Source: Takakia lepidozioides (taxonomy: Eukaryota; Plantae; Bryophyta). From it: DNA of 64,000 bases. Shown in pieces: positions 45,861-61,651 of this stretch (positions within the stretch are counted from its first letter, which is position 1; the number at the start of each line of letters is the position of its first letter). The notes beneath the pieces are model-generated. The model did not search any database. It saw nothing but the letters and a program-made list of their open reading frames with translations, and had not been told where the DNA came from. Where the stretch lies: positions 17,732,001 through 17,796,000 of the forward strand of contig CM060731.1 of NCBI GenBank assembly GCA_030704615.1. The letters run 5' to 3'. Position numbers and translations under genes: made by a program.

Positions 45861-46055
45861 ATACCTTTCTCGGCCTTTTGGCTAAGATCAAGTGTAGTAT
45901 CTGTTCTTATCAGTTTAATATCTGATACGAGACTCATCGAGTCTCATGATATTAACCTAATTTTTCTCGGGTGCGGGCCCATCCGGCAGCTTGCTGCCCG
46001 GGCCCGCGCGCGTCGCCTCGGTGTTGCACTACTTTCTTGGCCGGCGCAACCTTCC
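45861..46055 (+). ncRNA. U2: U2 spliceosomal snRNA, copy 1
   Basis: ATACCTTTCTCGGCCTTTTGGCTAAGATCAAGTGTAGTATCTGTTCTTATCAGTTTAATATCTGATA, including the branch-point pairing GTAGTA. Sm site AATTTTT; loop IV TTGCACTAC. 3' end approximate. Confidence 0.98.
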
Positions 46056-47357
46056 CCTTCCGGGGTTCCAAATAACTGAAATCGGAGCGGCAACAATGAA
46101 ATGTCTACTGTTGTAATTCTTAAATCTAGTTGGTCATATTGACCATCCTACGAAAGCTACGAGATGTCATTCTGTACTATACGCCTCTTTGGACAAATAT
46201 TATGGTATAAATCAAACCTGGACCTGACCTAATTCCGTTGGAATAGACAAATAGACCAGAGGAAAGGGTAATACTATTTTTTGAAAGTAAAAAATCTGGG
46301 AGCTAAATATCTCTCACATTCTGCCCTTGATTGAAAATTTGATATCACTCTCATTGTAGATTAATCACGTCTCGTGTGCATCGCGGTAGCAAGTCTAAGA
46401 GCAAGTAGCCCACAATTGTGAGCCGGCCGAGAGACTAGCGTACCATACTGTGAGAGACCACACGCTTGCATTAAGTCCTTGCTATTATTCTCCTTTGTCT
46501 TCAGAGAAATGCATTTTATGGGAACACCACTTACCCTTCAGGCCTATTCGGGGTTGCATTCTACCTGAGTATTATGTCCGGGTTTGCTTGGGTGTAGTAA
46601 GTTTGCATATTCAAGTTTTGCAGATTTGCACAGTATATCAATGTTGTGAGCTGTGCTCTTGAAGTGAAATCCTTACTTTTTTGAGGTTTTCTTTCTGTTA
46701 CTCCTTCGGTGGACCGAGGCTCAAATGATCTATGCTAACTGGATGGGGGGTATATTGTGGTGATCTCCAGTCTGAAGCTTAGACTGACCCGATGGAGCTT
46801 CAGCATGTTTCAGGCTTAGGTGTAACGGGCATACTGCAGGCAGACAGGGTAACCATGCTCATCTGGGGCTTCTTTTTTTGCCTGTCCTTTTTCCACTGCA
46901 CAATCCTTTGTTAGAAGAAGAGCATTCTACACTAAGAATTGTGACTGTAGAGCAGAATTATTTTAGAACAGGAAGTAGCAAGAGATTGGAAGCATGAGTA
47001 GTAGGGAAGGCACAAACATTTTAGAACACGTACTGGGATGGGGGGTGTATTTAGCTGCAAACTGACCTGGTACTAAGATGTACACTAGGATTATGGCAGA
47101 CAGCGTCTCATAAGTACATTCAATGAAAGGCTGAAGGTATTCTTCTAGTTAGAGATGGGCTTGGACTCTTTCTACCATTCGGAAATTGCCACAACTACAA
47201 ATCCACCAAGAACTGAGCTCTACCAAGTTTTCCAGTGGGGTGGAATGGTCACAACATGAACCATCCGTCCATGTACATTAAACCACCCCATTCCAAGATA
47301 CTTCGGTATGTGACTGCAGAATCCTGAATCTGAAAAGACTTTTGAAGCAAATAACTA

Positions 47358-50300
47358 TTATGGGGCCATAAGCCCATCAATGGTATAGGAAAGTGATCTT
47401 GCTGTATCCACTTTGAAAAGAATTTTCTGCAGTGAGTCCACAATGTTGAGGTCTGGATCAAGTTTCCGTTGCCATCCCTGCCATCATAGTTCCATCATTA
47501 ACTGATAGTACTCCATAAAACTCTCTACTAAGAGACTCAGGCAACAAATACTGGAATTGTTCATTCACACATCATACAGGAATTTAAGCAACAACAAGAG
47601 AGCAAAAATACACGCATTGGTGCACAGCAGCTTCAACTCCTTCTGCGGTGCTTTGTTGTGTTTAGACTGAGACGACAAAACCAAAAACAAAACAAGAAGA
47701 GAGAAACAGCAGAAGCAGGGGAGGCTGAATTAGATAAGGAGGAGAACACAAAAAGAAACCTCGAGAACAAGGGTGGTGACCATGACGGTGCAAACATCGC
47801 CATCAAGGTTGACTTTGTGCCGCCGAACTTGCTCAAGTATCTCCTGCATGCACTCCCCTGGATGCAGTGTGTCCCCCAATTTCCTCCAGTACGTGAATAA
47901 TCGGTCTACCTCCTGCACAGTGCAGCCAAGCCACGTAATCAGGAAAGTCTTTCGAGGACATCATCTTGATAGTTGAAGAACTGGAATGGTTTAGCACAAA
48001 TCCAATATGACCTCAAACGCCCCTTTGTGGGGAGGGCACAACATGTGAGGTGTACCTATTCAGGTGAGACATATTCATGATTGTGCTAGCACATCAATGC
48101 AAACCTTCTGACCCGCAACCCTAGTCATACTCAGTGGCGTGGCCCATTGGAGGCTGACAAAACATACCTACTGGAAAGAGAAAAAAAAATTACTTCAGAA
48201 GCGGGTAAGTAGCAGCTTAAGTGACATGCTCACCCCCATAACCACCACAACTTCCTCCAATTGGTGACTCTCTGGAACAAATATGAGTATAGAGCATGAG
48301 AGTACTGCAGGGCCCCACATATAAAATGAAATGCCAAAACTTGTCAAAACTATCAACACCGCAGGTCTTCTGCAGATTCACCAGAACAGGGTTCAATGCC
48401 CATAAGTTGTCTATCAGCAACACCGCTCATCTGAACTGTGGGCCAAAATCTTGCCAACAAACCTAGTATCATCGCTGTGGATTCCTTCTGTGTGAAGGGC
48501 AAGTAAGGAATCTGACCTCAATGAATACTGATGGGTTGGGGCAACTTTGGGTAAGCGAAAATTTGAGTGTGCACTCAGCTACTCGACGGCCGTCCTTCAC
48601 AGCCACTGCTTTGAAAAACTCCAGTAGGGTATATCTGTCCCGTTGTGAAAGCTCAGCTGTCATGCCAACATCTAGTAGCACTACATGAGGGCGAGATCGG
48701 AACATTTGCTTGTTTGGTGCTGGATTTCCAGGTTCCATACGCACTAGGATGTTTCCCGGGTGCAAATCTGCATGAATGAAGTTGTCAACCTGGCACACCC
48801 CGCAAGATTGCACACTTCTCCATAACATTAAAAAGAAACATGCTCCAAATCTCATCTCAAATTTTTCAGGTTGCTCTTCAAAGATCTTATTGGTGAAAGC
48901 ACACGAACATTGCCTGTTATTCGGCCCTACTTGCTCGTATTATGTTGATTATCAAAAGACTTGACACTCAGGACGAAGGGAACAGAGTAACAAACAAGAA
49001 TAACTGGTGTGAACAGATGGAAGAACTAACCAGCATCATTTTCAACAAGGTATGTGTGCCAATTAATGCAAGGGCACGGTTAAGACGACTCTTGCCAGGA
49101 TGGTCCACAAATCGTGCAACGCTCTCCCCTTGCTCATATGTTTCCACTAATACAGCGGGGTGCACTAACGGGTACAAGGGTTTAGGGAAGGAGACATCTT
49201 TCCACCGCCGGAAATTGTAAATAAATCGACTCAGATGGGCAGCTTCCCTCGCCAAATCAACCTGCATGTAGAAGACATCTACTTTTCAATAAGAACAGAC
49301 TCACTTGACACTAAGCGCCATCTTATATGAAACCATGCCTTACATGGCTTACGACAGCAGCAGCTGCCATTCAAGATGGAAAGCCAAAAGTGAATGGAGG
49401 AGAAAGCCCTTCAGAGACATGTGGGCATAAAACAGGACAGGTGACAATCTGCTTTTGTTACCTGAGTCAACATGAACACCGCAAACTGCTGGACACTCTC
49501 ATCCAGCCTTAGCCATTGTAGGCCAGGCACAAGTCTTGATACCCTAGCTACCCAGTTTATGATGGTGAAATCTCGGCGAATGACGTCACTAACCCCTGGG
49601 TGCCGCACCTTAACAGCTACCACCAAAGGCTTTGACTTTTGGCCTGGATGCCGGAACTTCAAGACAGCGCGATGGACCTGGGCTATGCTTCCAGAGGCCA
49701 CAGGTTCTTCCTCAAAGTCCTCGAAAATCTCATTTAATTTGCGTCCAAAAGCTCCCTCAATAGTTTGTCGCGTTTGAGCAAAATTGTGTGCTGGTGCCTT
49801 GGTGTGCAGCTTCGACAATACAGCACAAAGATCCCTGGGAAAAAGATCTGGCCGTGTGGCTGCCCACTGACCCCATTTGATAAATGCAGCACCTGCCCGT
49901 TCCAACGAAAAGTGCACCAAATGAAGCCATGTCATCCGGAACTGCCCCCCAAATGAGTCAGCAAATGGTGCCAGAACCACTGCTGGTGTAAAAAGAGCTA
50001 CCAAGTAGACTGCTCGGAAAACCAATATGAAGCCCTCAAGTAGTGAGCGCGCAAGCAGGACAAAGAATGCAGGGTGATACAGTGTTTTGCCATGAGAAAG
50101 AGGAGGTTTTTGTAGCTGTTCAGCTTCAACAGTGTTATGGTGGGCCCAGGTAGCCTCCCCAACAATCACAGCGAAGATGCGGGGCACCACCTGCGAACGA
50201 GCACAAGCCAAGCTGGTGGCACTCACAATTTTGCCTACTGGAGGTAGAAAGGGCTTCTGAAGGTAGCCCTTGGATGATAAAATTTGCCAAGCCACCTGCC

Positions 50301-51005
50301 CTTGTGATGTCACATCTGCCTGGACTGCAGCAACAGACTCTCCAGTTACCCGCAGGACCAGCTTAACATCCTGCAGAAACTCACGTCCCAGCTCAGATAG
50401 CCCTTTATAGACAACCTCATACCTTGGATTGATGGATCTAGATTCCACCCATCCAACAACCCCCCTGTTTCCTATGCCACTCTTGGCATAATTTGAGTGG
50501 AATTGCTTAGATCTGAGATTCCTCAAAAGAGTATTTGGAAACCCGACTAACGTGCCACTGTCTTTGAATTGGCTGCCAATGTACTGACGGAACACCCCTG
50601 TTCCCAAGTTGTGGAACGGTTGCACTTGGGATGCATTTGTGTGATGCCTGGTCCAAATTCCCAACAACCAAAATCCTCATTATTCCAGCAAGAGTACAAC
50701 TTCTACTTATAAGAGAAGGGGTGGGATTGAAGGTTGTATCTGGACTCAGTGTGGAAAGACATAGTAACTGATCTTACACACTAATCATTACTCAATCAGT
50801 GCACAATTGTATGTGAAGAATTAGTTATCAAAAGTTTTAAGACACATGAATTGGCATGGAACAAACAGTGGTTAAAAGTTCCTCTACTTCTCTAGAATAA
50901 ACTCCTGATCAGATTTCCCTCTCATTTTTCACATTGGTCTCGCCTAATTACTTCTCATAAGATTAAACGTCAGACATTACCTGCGGAAAAGGTGCTGGAC
51001 GTCAT
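47358..51005 (-). CDS. ABC1/UbiB atypical kinase, ABC1K10 / ADCK2 (yeast Cqd1)-like, ~671 aa
   Basis: Exons 51005-50981, 50675-49462, 49261-49031, 48789-48517, 47912-47760, 47477-47358, with consistent phases. Motifs FIKWGQWAATRPD (KxGQ), VASGSIAQVH, VAVKVRHP, HADLHPGN, LLDVGM, C-terminal TIDGLMAP. The exon 1/2 junction is least certain (GAG acceptor). Confidence 0.93.
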
Positions 51006-52566
51006 GTTGAAGCCCTCGCCGGCAGGCGATCAAAAAAAGGGCGCTTCCCATCGTCTCTCACCTTTTCCGCACCTTTCTGTCTCTTCTCTATGGCCCATGC
51101 TGCAATACGTGGATCCCATCAATGTCTCTCATGTGTACCACCCTCTTTGAAAACGTATCTCCACCAATACGCCGCAACCTAAACACCTTTTACTGTCGCT
51201 TTTCCAGCTCCTCTGTTTTGCGTCTCATCTCCTCCAATTCTGTTCCAGATTCTGCAAAGAGGAAAATAGAGCAGCTGTTGGTCTCTTCTAAATCAGATCC
51301 AGCATACATCATGAGCTTCGGAAAAACCCTACTCTTCAAACAGCTTACCCATTATCAATCGTACCTCATGCCAAGAAATCCAGGGCACGGGGAATTACAA
51401 CAAATGGAATGTCTCAGAAGCAAAATCCCCGCCGAAAAATAACTAATCGCACCTCTCTCGCCTTACCTTTGAGATTCACCAAACTCCGGGGTGCATCAAT
51501 TATCAAAAAATGCAAGCACCAACAAGTCAAACCTAGCCTAACCCAACCCGCCTTCATTTTCCTCGTCTATCCAGTCCTGCAGCCTGTTCAAAGCCAATCT
51601 GCCTGCCCCAATGCATTTGCTCATAATCGTCCTTCTCTCGGGTTTTGGCCTGATTTATTAGGGTTTCATGGCTTTGGTATGAGTTTGCTCACTGCTGGTA
51701 TCAAGGTGTGCCATCTGGCAGGACACTTAACCACCACAGCAAGCTGCCACGTGTCATAATTTTTTACATTCTACAGCTATGTGTAAAGTGCAAATTCACA
51801 GAAACCCAGACTTACCGACCTACCGAGTTCATAACATTGGCAAGCCTGTGAGGCAGACAGACACCAACTGTTCTAGGGCAGCATGCATCTGTGATTTGGA
51901 AATAGTTTTGGATGTTCCTGGGGGAGTGGTTTAGACTGCCGGCACAATGGGTGTCTGCAGACACATCAACAGGTACCAGGGATCATGCAAAAAAGTGGAT
52001 GAGCAAGGTCAAGAGAGAAGAAAGTTTGGGTGTCTATACATGTTTTGGGTGTGGTGGATTACAACCACTTTCATTGAGGCATGTGTGGGAAGATCAACCA
52101 GGGATTTTGTGATGTTCAATGTGACTTCATAGCCACAAACCATGATTTCACTAATCACACAGCTTGCTCTTTCGAAAGACTTGTACTGTAAAACCAGTTG
52201 AACTTGCTAGCATACGATCTGCTGGAAAGCCTACTGGCAAGGTGGGCTCTCCCTCATTTGTACAATTGGCCTATGCATGATCAGTCAGAGTTAATGAGTA
52301 TCTTGAACCAATGGGTGATCCACTCCTCCCCTGTAATAGCAACTGCAAAAGGCTTTCTTGGGGAGGGTTTATTGGCCGGTGGGTTGGGTTTGAATGCAAT
52401 CTGGAGCATTATGGGCACCAAATGAGAAAGATCTTGCTCTCCCAAATAGAATTGCTAACTGAGCATTCTCCAGTGATTGAGAACTACAAAAGATGTCACT
52501 GAAGCATGGAAGGTTGGTTGACTTCCACATGGGAGGTATCGACCAGAGCCTGCAAGTGCTCATGCC

Positions 52567-55680
<3,114 letters not shown>

Positions 55681-56067
55681 AGCTCAACCTTCCTTTCTGT
55701 CAACTCCTCGCCTTCACCTCCGCCTCCCTCTCAACGTCTGAGAACTTCGTTCGTTCATATGTTCGTACTTTCGTCCAGAAATTATAAGTACTTGGAACAT
55801 ATCGTCGTGTTATCGTCCAAAACATAGAATACGAATAACGAATATTATTAACGTAGGATTATATGGTCGGGAGGAACAGCACTCGAAAACACACGGGCTT
55901 CCTCGTTTCTGAAGGAGGAGGAACAGATCTTGTCATCGCTCAAGTGGTCAGTCAAAATCAGAAGATTTGCTTTGACGAGTGTGTCGAATCAGATACATAA
56001 AATAGACAGGCACATACGAGAAGGTAGAATTTAGTAGTGACATGTTTTTTTCAACAAACGCCAGGCC

Positions 56068-56232
56068 CTGGTCAGGCAGATAGTGCAGCTTTCAGAATGT
56101 AAGCCTTTGTCAGAGTTGGTGGTAAAGAACCTGTGCGAACCGGCTCGCGCAATCCTCGTGGAGGAGTGGAATGTCAAACCCGTCAAGTGTCCTGTGACTG
56201 TCTGTGGAGACATTCATGGGCAATTTCATGAA
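56068..56232 (+). pseudogene. Fragment of PP2A catalytic subunit (N-terminal ~55 aa)
   Basis: [45 protein letters not shown]. No start codon, and no downstream GDYVDRG/RGNHE exons found. Confidence 0.85.
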
Positions 56233-56299
56233 GAAGAAACATGTTTCCATTTGTCCATAGCACTGTGATTTAAGCATTCATGCCCCTGTTTTTATTTGC

Positions 56300-56760
56300 A
56301 GGTAAACCTTCACAACAAGCTGGGGGACCTTGCTCATTGCAGCACCCCGCCTTCAAATGGGATTTTTTTTTTGTTTCCCGAAATTGAGCTTGGCGGGCAA
56401 GATGCGACCTCGCCTTCCCCTGCCTGTCTCTCTTGCTTTCTAATAGCAAGCTGAGGGGCTTGCTCACCGCAGCATCCCGTAATGGGGCCCTTTTTCTCCT
56501 TCTGTTTTTTGAAATTCGGCTTGGCAAGGCCAGACCTGGCCTCGCCCTTCCCTGCCATATCTCTCTTACTCTATCACAGCAAGTGGGGCTTGCTCCCCCA
56601 ATGCAAGTTCTTAAATGAAAAAAAAAGACGTTGCCCCAATGTGGGCCTTTTTCTTTTTGCGAAATTTGCCAAGACAGCCAGCCGCGGCGTCGCCTTCCCT
56701 TGCTCTGTCTCTCTTGCTCTGTGGCAGCAAGTAGGGGGCTTGCCAACGTAGACCTTTTTT
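56300..56760. repeat. Degenerate ~140-bp tandem array (3-4 units) with GCAAG-N5-8-CTTGC hairpins
   Basis: CGCCTTCCC.TGC...TCTCTCTT.CT.....GCAAG...GGGGCTTGC recurs at ~56410, 56542 and 56690. Confidence 0.6.
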
Positions 56761-56903
56761 TCTTTCAAAATTCATCTTGGCAGGCCAGCTGCGGCCTCAC
56801 CTTCCGCTACTCCATTTTTAGCCAAGTAATAGAAAGAGGTCCATGCTGACATTAGCAAAGCTGGAATATCACCAGATATCATGATGGAGACTGCCCTTTC
56901 TCA

Positions 56904-58108
56904 AGGCAGGTTCACACAGCAAAAATCCGTCCGTCCCATCCGGACGTGGCGGCTGCAGCGGGCTGGGGTCCACCCTTGAGCAACGCGATGGCGAGGAAGG
57001 GACGGACGGCTTGGCCACTGTAGGTACTTCCCGCTGTCCGTCGCTGTCCGTCCCATCCCTCATTGCTTCTCCCTGGCTATCATGGCTAAAAACATATGTA
57101 TAGGGTTTAGCCTGAGGGCTCTTTATGAGAGCTTCTCTTGCTAAACTTATATGTTAGGTCACGTGTGTACTATCGCGTGTGAACATGTTGCACCGTCAGT
57201 CCTGTCCGTCCCCCTCCACACGTGCGGAGTGCCCACCACTATGGCTCAGCGTCCGGGAAATAATTTCAGTTGAAGCAGCCAGTAGCCGCTCATTCCCAGC
57301 AGCAATCGGCTAAGTGGGTTGGGCAGTCGGTTGCTGCCGCTTAGTGGTAACTATACCCGGTCAATTTCCGAGATAATTTCTTTACAACCGGTAATATTCC
57401 TAATGATTTATTTTGTGTTCAGCTATAAATCCTGCCCTTATAAATATCAACCGGTTGACAACACAAGTGTCAAATGCACAACAATAAGTAAATAATAATA
57501 ATAAGAAATAATCACAACCAGTTTTAAGCAATTCAAACAAGTGAAGAACATTGTATCCTTATAGAAGTTGGACCTGTCAATGCCTTCAAACCACATGGAG
57601 GCCAAGAATTGAACCCGCGTGGACAGGTGAGCTGTGATAGCAGGCAGCGAGTGCAAGCAGGCGTGGGGCTGGGGCTGCGAGAGCAACGTCCAGACTTAGT
57701 AGGGTTTGCCCGCCGGCCCGCCCTCTTTGAGTTCAATATTTTTTGACCTAAACGCCCTTCCTTGGATGTAACCCGGCCTGGCACGTTGGATTTCTGCCAT
57801 GTGGTGGACTTCGACGGCCATTTCCATTTTTTGTAATATAAGAAGGGCCGGAATCCGTCCAGGCCTTGCCAACTAAGGCAGATTTCCTGTCTGTAATGAA
57901 ATGGAAAGGCAAATATCCTTCCTAAAAGTAGGGCACCCGGTTGATTTCCACTTCGGCCATTTTTTCCCTCGGATCCATTTCCTGAGGTTTCATATTTCAT
58001 TCGGAAATTCTGGAATTCAGTCGGCTAGCATGTAACTGGCTGCCGGTTCTCCCCGGACGTTGCTATGGCTAGATGGGACGGAAGGATTTTTGTCGTGTGA
58101 ACCTGCCT
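56904..58108. mobile_element. PIF/Harbinger-like non-autonomous element
   Basis: ~37-bp TIRs AGGCAGGTTCACAC..CAAAAATCC.TCCGTCCCATC with 3-bp TSD TCA. Removal restores the PPR frame (ALS-HMCAKCG). Confidence 0.85.
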
Positions 58109-58191
58109 TCACATGTGTGCCAAATGCGGGAGCATGAAGGATACACGTCAAGTATTCCGCAGTATTCCGCAATATGGCTAAACGAGACGTA

Positions 58192-58801
58192 CCGTACTGA
58201 CCTAGCTTATTAGGCAATATTAATTTAAAATCAAGTGCCTAATTAAATTTAGAATATTTTTGAAAAATGTGCCTAAAATTTGGAAAAAAATCCTAAGAAG
58301 TGCCTAACTAATTGCTCGAAAATTGTAAAAACCACCAAAATGTCCAAATATGTGGAAAAAATATCTAAATTATATTATTTAAAGTCCAAAAAAAAGGAAA
58401 AAAACGCTTGCAATTTATAATTTCATGTCCACACAACTTCCAAAGGGCCCAACTACATCTTCATAAGTCTCATCACCTATCTCATGTGAATCTTCTGAAT
58501 GTAAGAGAATGTTAAGGTCAAGAACATCATCATCCTCGATATGCATGTTTGCAAGACATTGGCTCATGCTCTCAAATCCAAGACCATTATGTTTCTTTAC
58601 AAGAAAATTACCTCAACAATAGTTTTTGAGGGAGGTAAAAAACAATTGTTCATTATTATCCAGGGTCGACTGTAATAAACACCTAATGTTTGGAAATTAC
58701 CTGGGTGAGGTGCCTAAATAATAAAAACAAATCTGCCTAATAACATTCTATTTTTATTAATTATTAGGCGCGGAAGTGCCTAATAATCTAGGTCAGTATG
58801 G
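58192..58801. mobile_element. TA-target (Tc1/mariner-type) MITE
   Basis: 25-bp TIRs CC(G/A)TACTGACCTAG(C/A)TTATTAGGCA, TA TSD, internal GTGCCTAA repeats. Removal restores KRDVVSW. Confidence 0.9.
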
Positions 58802-58868
58802 TAGTCTCATGGAGTGCGATGATTGCAGTATATGCTGAGCAAGGCTGTAGGGGGGCATTTGAGATGTA

Positions 58869-59569
58869 CTGTAGGTTCATAGCAGATTAGGCACAAATTT
58901 AAAAAAAAAATTTAATGCCTAAGCAAATCTGTGATTTTTGAAGATTTATGCCTAGAAGGTTGGAAAAATAATATGAAAGTGCCTAATTCAGTAAAATTGT
59001 CTAAAAAAATCCTACTCTATATAATTTCTATTGAAAACAAAAAACAAATGCCTCCATAAATGTTCAAAAAGTATAGGCCAACTCCCTAGGTCCATACAAC
59101 CTCCAAAGGACCTTCCAATGAGTCTCTAACATCCTGCATATGCTCATCATTGAAGTCTTCATCCCCATTCAAGTCAGGTACATCTGAGTCTGCAATGTGC
59201 AAATTTCCAAGGCGGCGACTCGTGCTCTCCACCACCTCAACATCAAAATAGAAATCTGGTACCCTCTAAGCAACTAAGAGTCCTTTCCACTTCCACTTGA
59301 GGAGCTGTGGCTGTAAACAAAGGCTGGGACGCCATCTCCATTAGAAAAAACTTTTTCTTAGGGTTTGTCTTGGGGAAGAAGAGAGAGGGTATGTGAGACC
59401 TTTGGGGATGGAAGGAGAAGTTCCAAGTGATGAAAAGGTGCCTAACATAAAAAATTATGGAAGAATAATGTCTAATTTACATAAATCCTTTTTTAAAGTG
59501 CCTAAAAAGAATATTCCAATTTTAATAATTATTAGGCACTGGGGTGCCTAATCTGCTATGAACCTACAC
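58869..59569. mobile_element. TA-target (Tc1/mariner-type) MITE related to 58192-58801
   Basis: TIRs TGTAGGTTCATAGCAGATTAGGCAC (25 bp perfect), TA TSD, internal TGCCTAA repeats. Removal restores FEMYEKMQ. Confidence 0.9.
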
Positions 59570-60085
59570 TATGAGAAAATGCAAGGGGAAGCAGTGAGGT
59601 CTGACATGGCCACATTCCTTTGCATTCTCAATGCATGTGCAAGTATGGCAGCCCTAGAGAAAAGCAAGGAGATCCATGCTGACATTATCAAAGCTGGAAT
59701 TGTGCCAGATATTGTTCTGGAGACTGCCCTTGTTGTGATGCATGCAAAATGTGGGAGTGTAAATGATGCACGTGAAGTGTTCAACAACATGGGTCAGCGA
59801 ATTCTCGACTCATGGAATGCGATGATAGCATGATATGCGCCACATGGGTGTGGTTGGGAGGCCCTGCAACTATTTGAGGAAATGGAACTGGAACACGTGA
59901 AGCCAGACAGACAGTGTCATCTTCTGTGTCATGTGGGCCTGGTGGATGAAGGTCGTCACTACTTCGCTTCAATGAGTTGAGATCATAGCCTCACACCTAG
60001 AGTGGAGCATTTCGGCTGCATGATGGACAATCTTGGCCCCGCACTAGTTTGAGACAGAAGATATCATATCAAGGTCACGATATCA

Positions 60086-61337
60086 CTATAACAGCAGACA
60101 CTGCTGCCGCTCCGATTTGAGTTATTTGGGTCCCCCGGAAGGGGAGGGTTGCGCCGGCCAAGAAAGTAGTGCAATACCAAGGCGACGCGCGCGGGCCCGG
60201 GCAGCAAGCTGCCGGATGGGCCCGCACCCGAGAAAAATTAGATTAATATCATGAGACTCGATGAGTCTCGTATCAGATATTAAACTGATAAGAACAGATA
60301 CTACACTTGATCTTAGCCAAAAGGCCGAGAAAGGTATAGTGCTACTGAGGCGCCCGGCGCACTATATACTCCGCTGGATCCTCAATATGGGCAATCGATA
60401 TGGGATAATGTTCTGTGGTGTTGCAATTTATCAACTCTTGCCAGGGAGAAGGAAACAGGTTGAGTCGTAAGGGGTGAAGGGGCTTTATCTTCGGCTCCTC
60501 TCACACGGACGTGGGAGACGTCGGTGTCGCTCCCAAAGCGGAGTGCCTGAAGGACAGCTCCAGAGCTTAGGAGCCTAGGGTTTGCTAATCTAAGTCGTGA
60601 CGGTGGCCGGGACGTAGGAGCAATCAGCACCCCAACCATGCTGCAGTTTCACAGCAAGGATGAGCACACTAAAGGGGTGGCGTGCAGTTTGTCTCGAACA
60701 AACTCAGTAAGCCATGGATAGCACCTCCTGCATCAGGTTTGCCAGGTATCAGGTTTGTACTGCAGACAATTTCATCGAATTCTCTTCTGAAACCACCTCC
60801 AGCAGAGATAGTAATGAGTCAATTGCCCCTATACATACTTTCGTCTTCATGACTCGCGGCCCAAGCAACATCTTGGGACATTGTCATACGCAAACCTGTA
60901 TACCTGGATTCTTGAGTATCGTGTTCTTAAATTTGCTCAAGAACAATAGCAGAGAAGAGACGGTTGTAGACCGAGCAAGTGGCATTTAAGGTATTTCACT
61001 ATCATCTCTGGTGACTAAGGATTTCCTCACGTAAGGTTTGAATTTTGGCATGGAAGTATTCTCGGTCTTCATTTCATGCCATAGTCTGGATGTCTTTACT
61101 GAGACGAATGAAGGTGGAGTTTGTTCTGTGTATGCTGAAAGCTGCTGACAGAATATGTACATGCTGACTCGGGCTCCAACATTGTTATCTCCATTGTAGA
61201 GTCGGACCTGAAATAATGTGGTTTTTCTTCTTAAATCAGACGAGCTGAGTTAGGTGGGCAGTCCATCCAAGGATAGGTCCGACATAGCTTTAATGAATAA
61301 ATATTGCGTGGAGATGCAAGTTTAGGGCTGGCAGTGT
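60086..61337 (-). repeat. Inverted duplication arm 2 (U2 gene plus upstream region)
   Basis: Reverse complement of 44732-46115. Confidence 0.93.
60143..60337 (-). ncRNA. U2: U2 spliceosomal snRNA, copy 2
   Basis: Reverse complement of the U2 sequence, differing from copy 1 by only a few substitutions. Retains TATA (60363-60368) and USE (60396-60406). Confidence 0.98.
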
Positions 61338-61651
61338 TCAGTGTAAAGAATGGGTCGGCAGATGCATTTGCATGATGTGTGATCGCCTCTTGCATGTAAA
61401 GGTCGTCTCTGCCCTGGTCCACATGTTAATGTAGTTGTTTCCATAAGGGTACTCCAGCTGCCATGGTTGCTGCTGCTGCTGAGCCAGGGAATCATAGAAC
61501 CTCTTGAAGGCGGCAAGGCAAAAGCGCAGAGCTCTTTGTAGCATGAAGTAGCGTGAACAGCCTCTTTTGCAGGAAGAGCAATGGAAGCAATCAAAGCAGA
61601 TGCGGTGGTGTGGAGGGCCTTGCTTGGGGCCTATAGAAGTAATGTATTGGG

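Larger units (their letters stand above)
44732..46115 (+). repeat. Inverted duplication arm 1 (U2 gene plus ~1.1 kb upstream)
   Basis: Aligns along its length with the reverse complement of 60086-61337, which has a few internal deletions. Confidence 0.93.
56833..61640 (+). pseudogene. PLS-class PPR pseudogene broken by three MITEs and a U2 cassette
   Basis: Reconstructed: EVHADISKAGISPDIMMETALS|HMCAKCGSMKDTRQVFRNMAKRD|VVSWSAMIAVYAEQG..FEM|YEKMQGEAVRSDMATFLCILNACAS...GLVDEGRHYFASM..VEHFGCMMDNLG ... (U2 cassette) ... KADAVVWRALLGAYR. In-frame stops and a 10-bp duplication (AGTATTCCGC x2 at ~58151-58170). Confidence 0.88.

Noticed and set aside
45728-45937. Duplicated 69-aa ORF MSLVSDIKLIRTDTTLDLSQKAEK (also 60261-60470)
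   Set aside because: It is the antisense translation of U2 snRNA and its promoter, not a protein.
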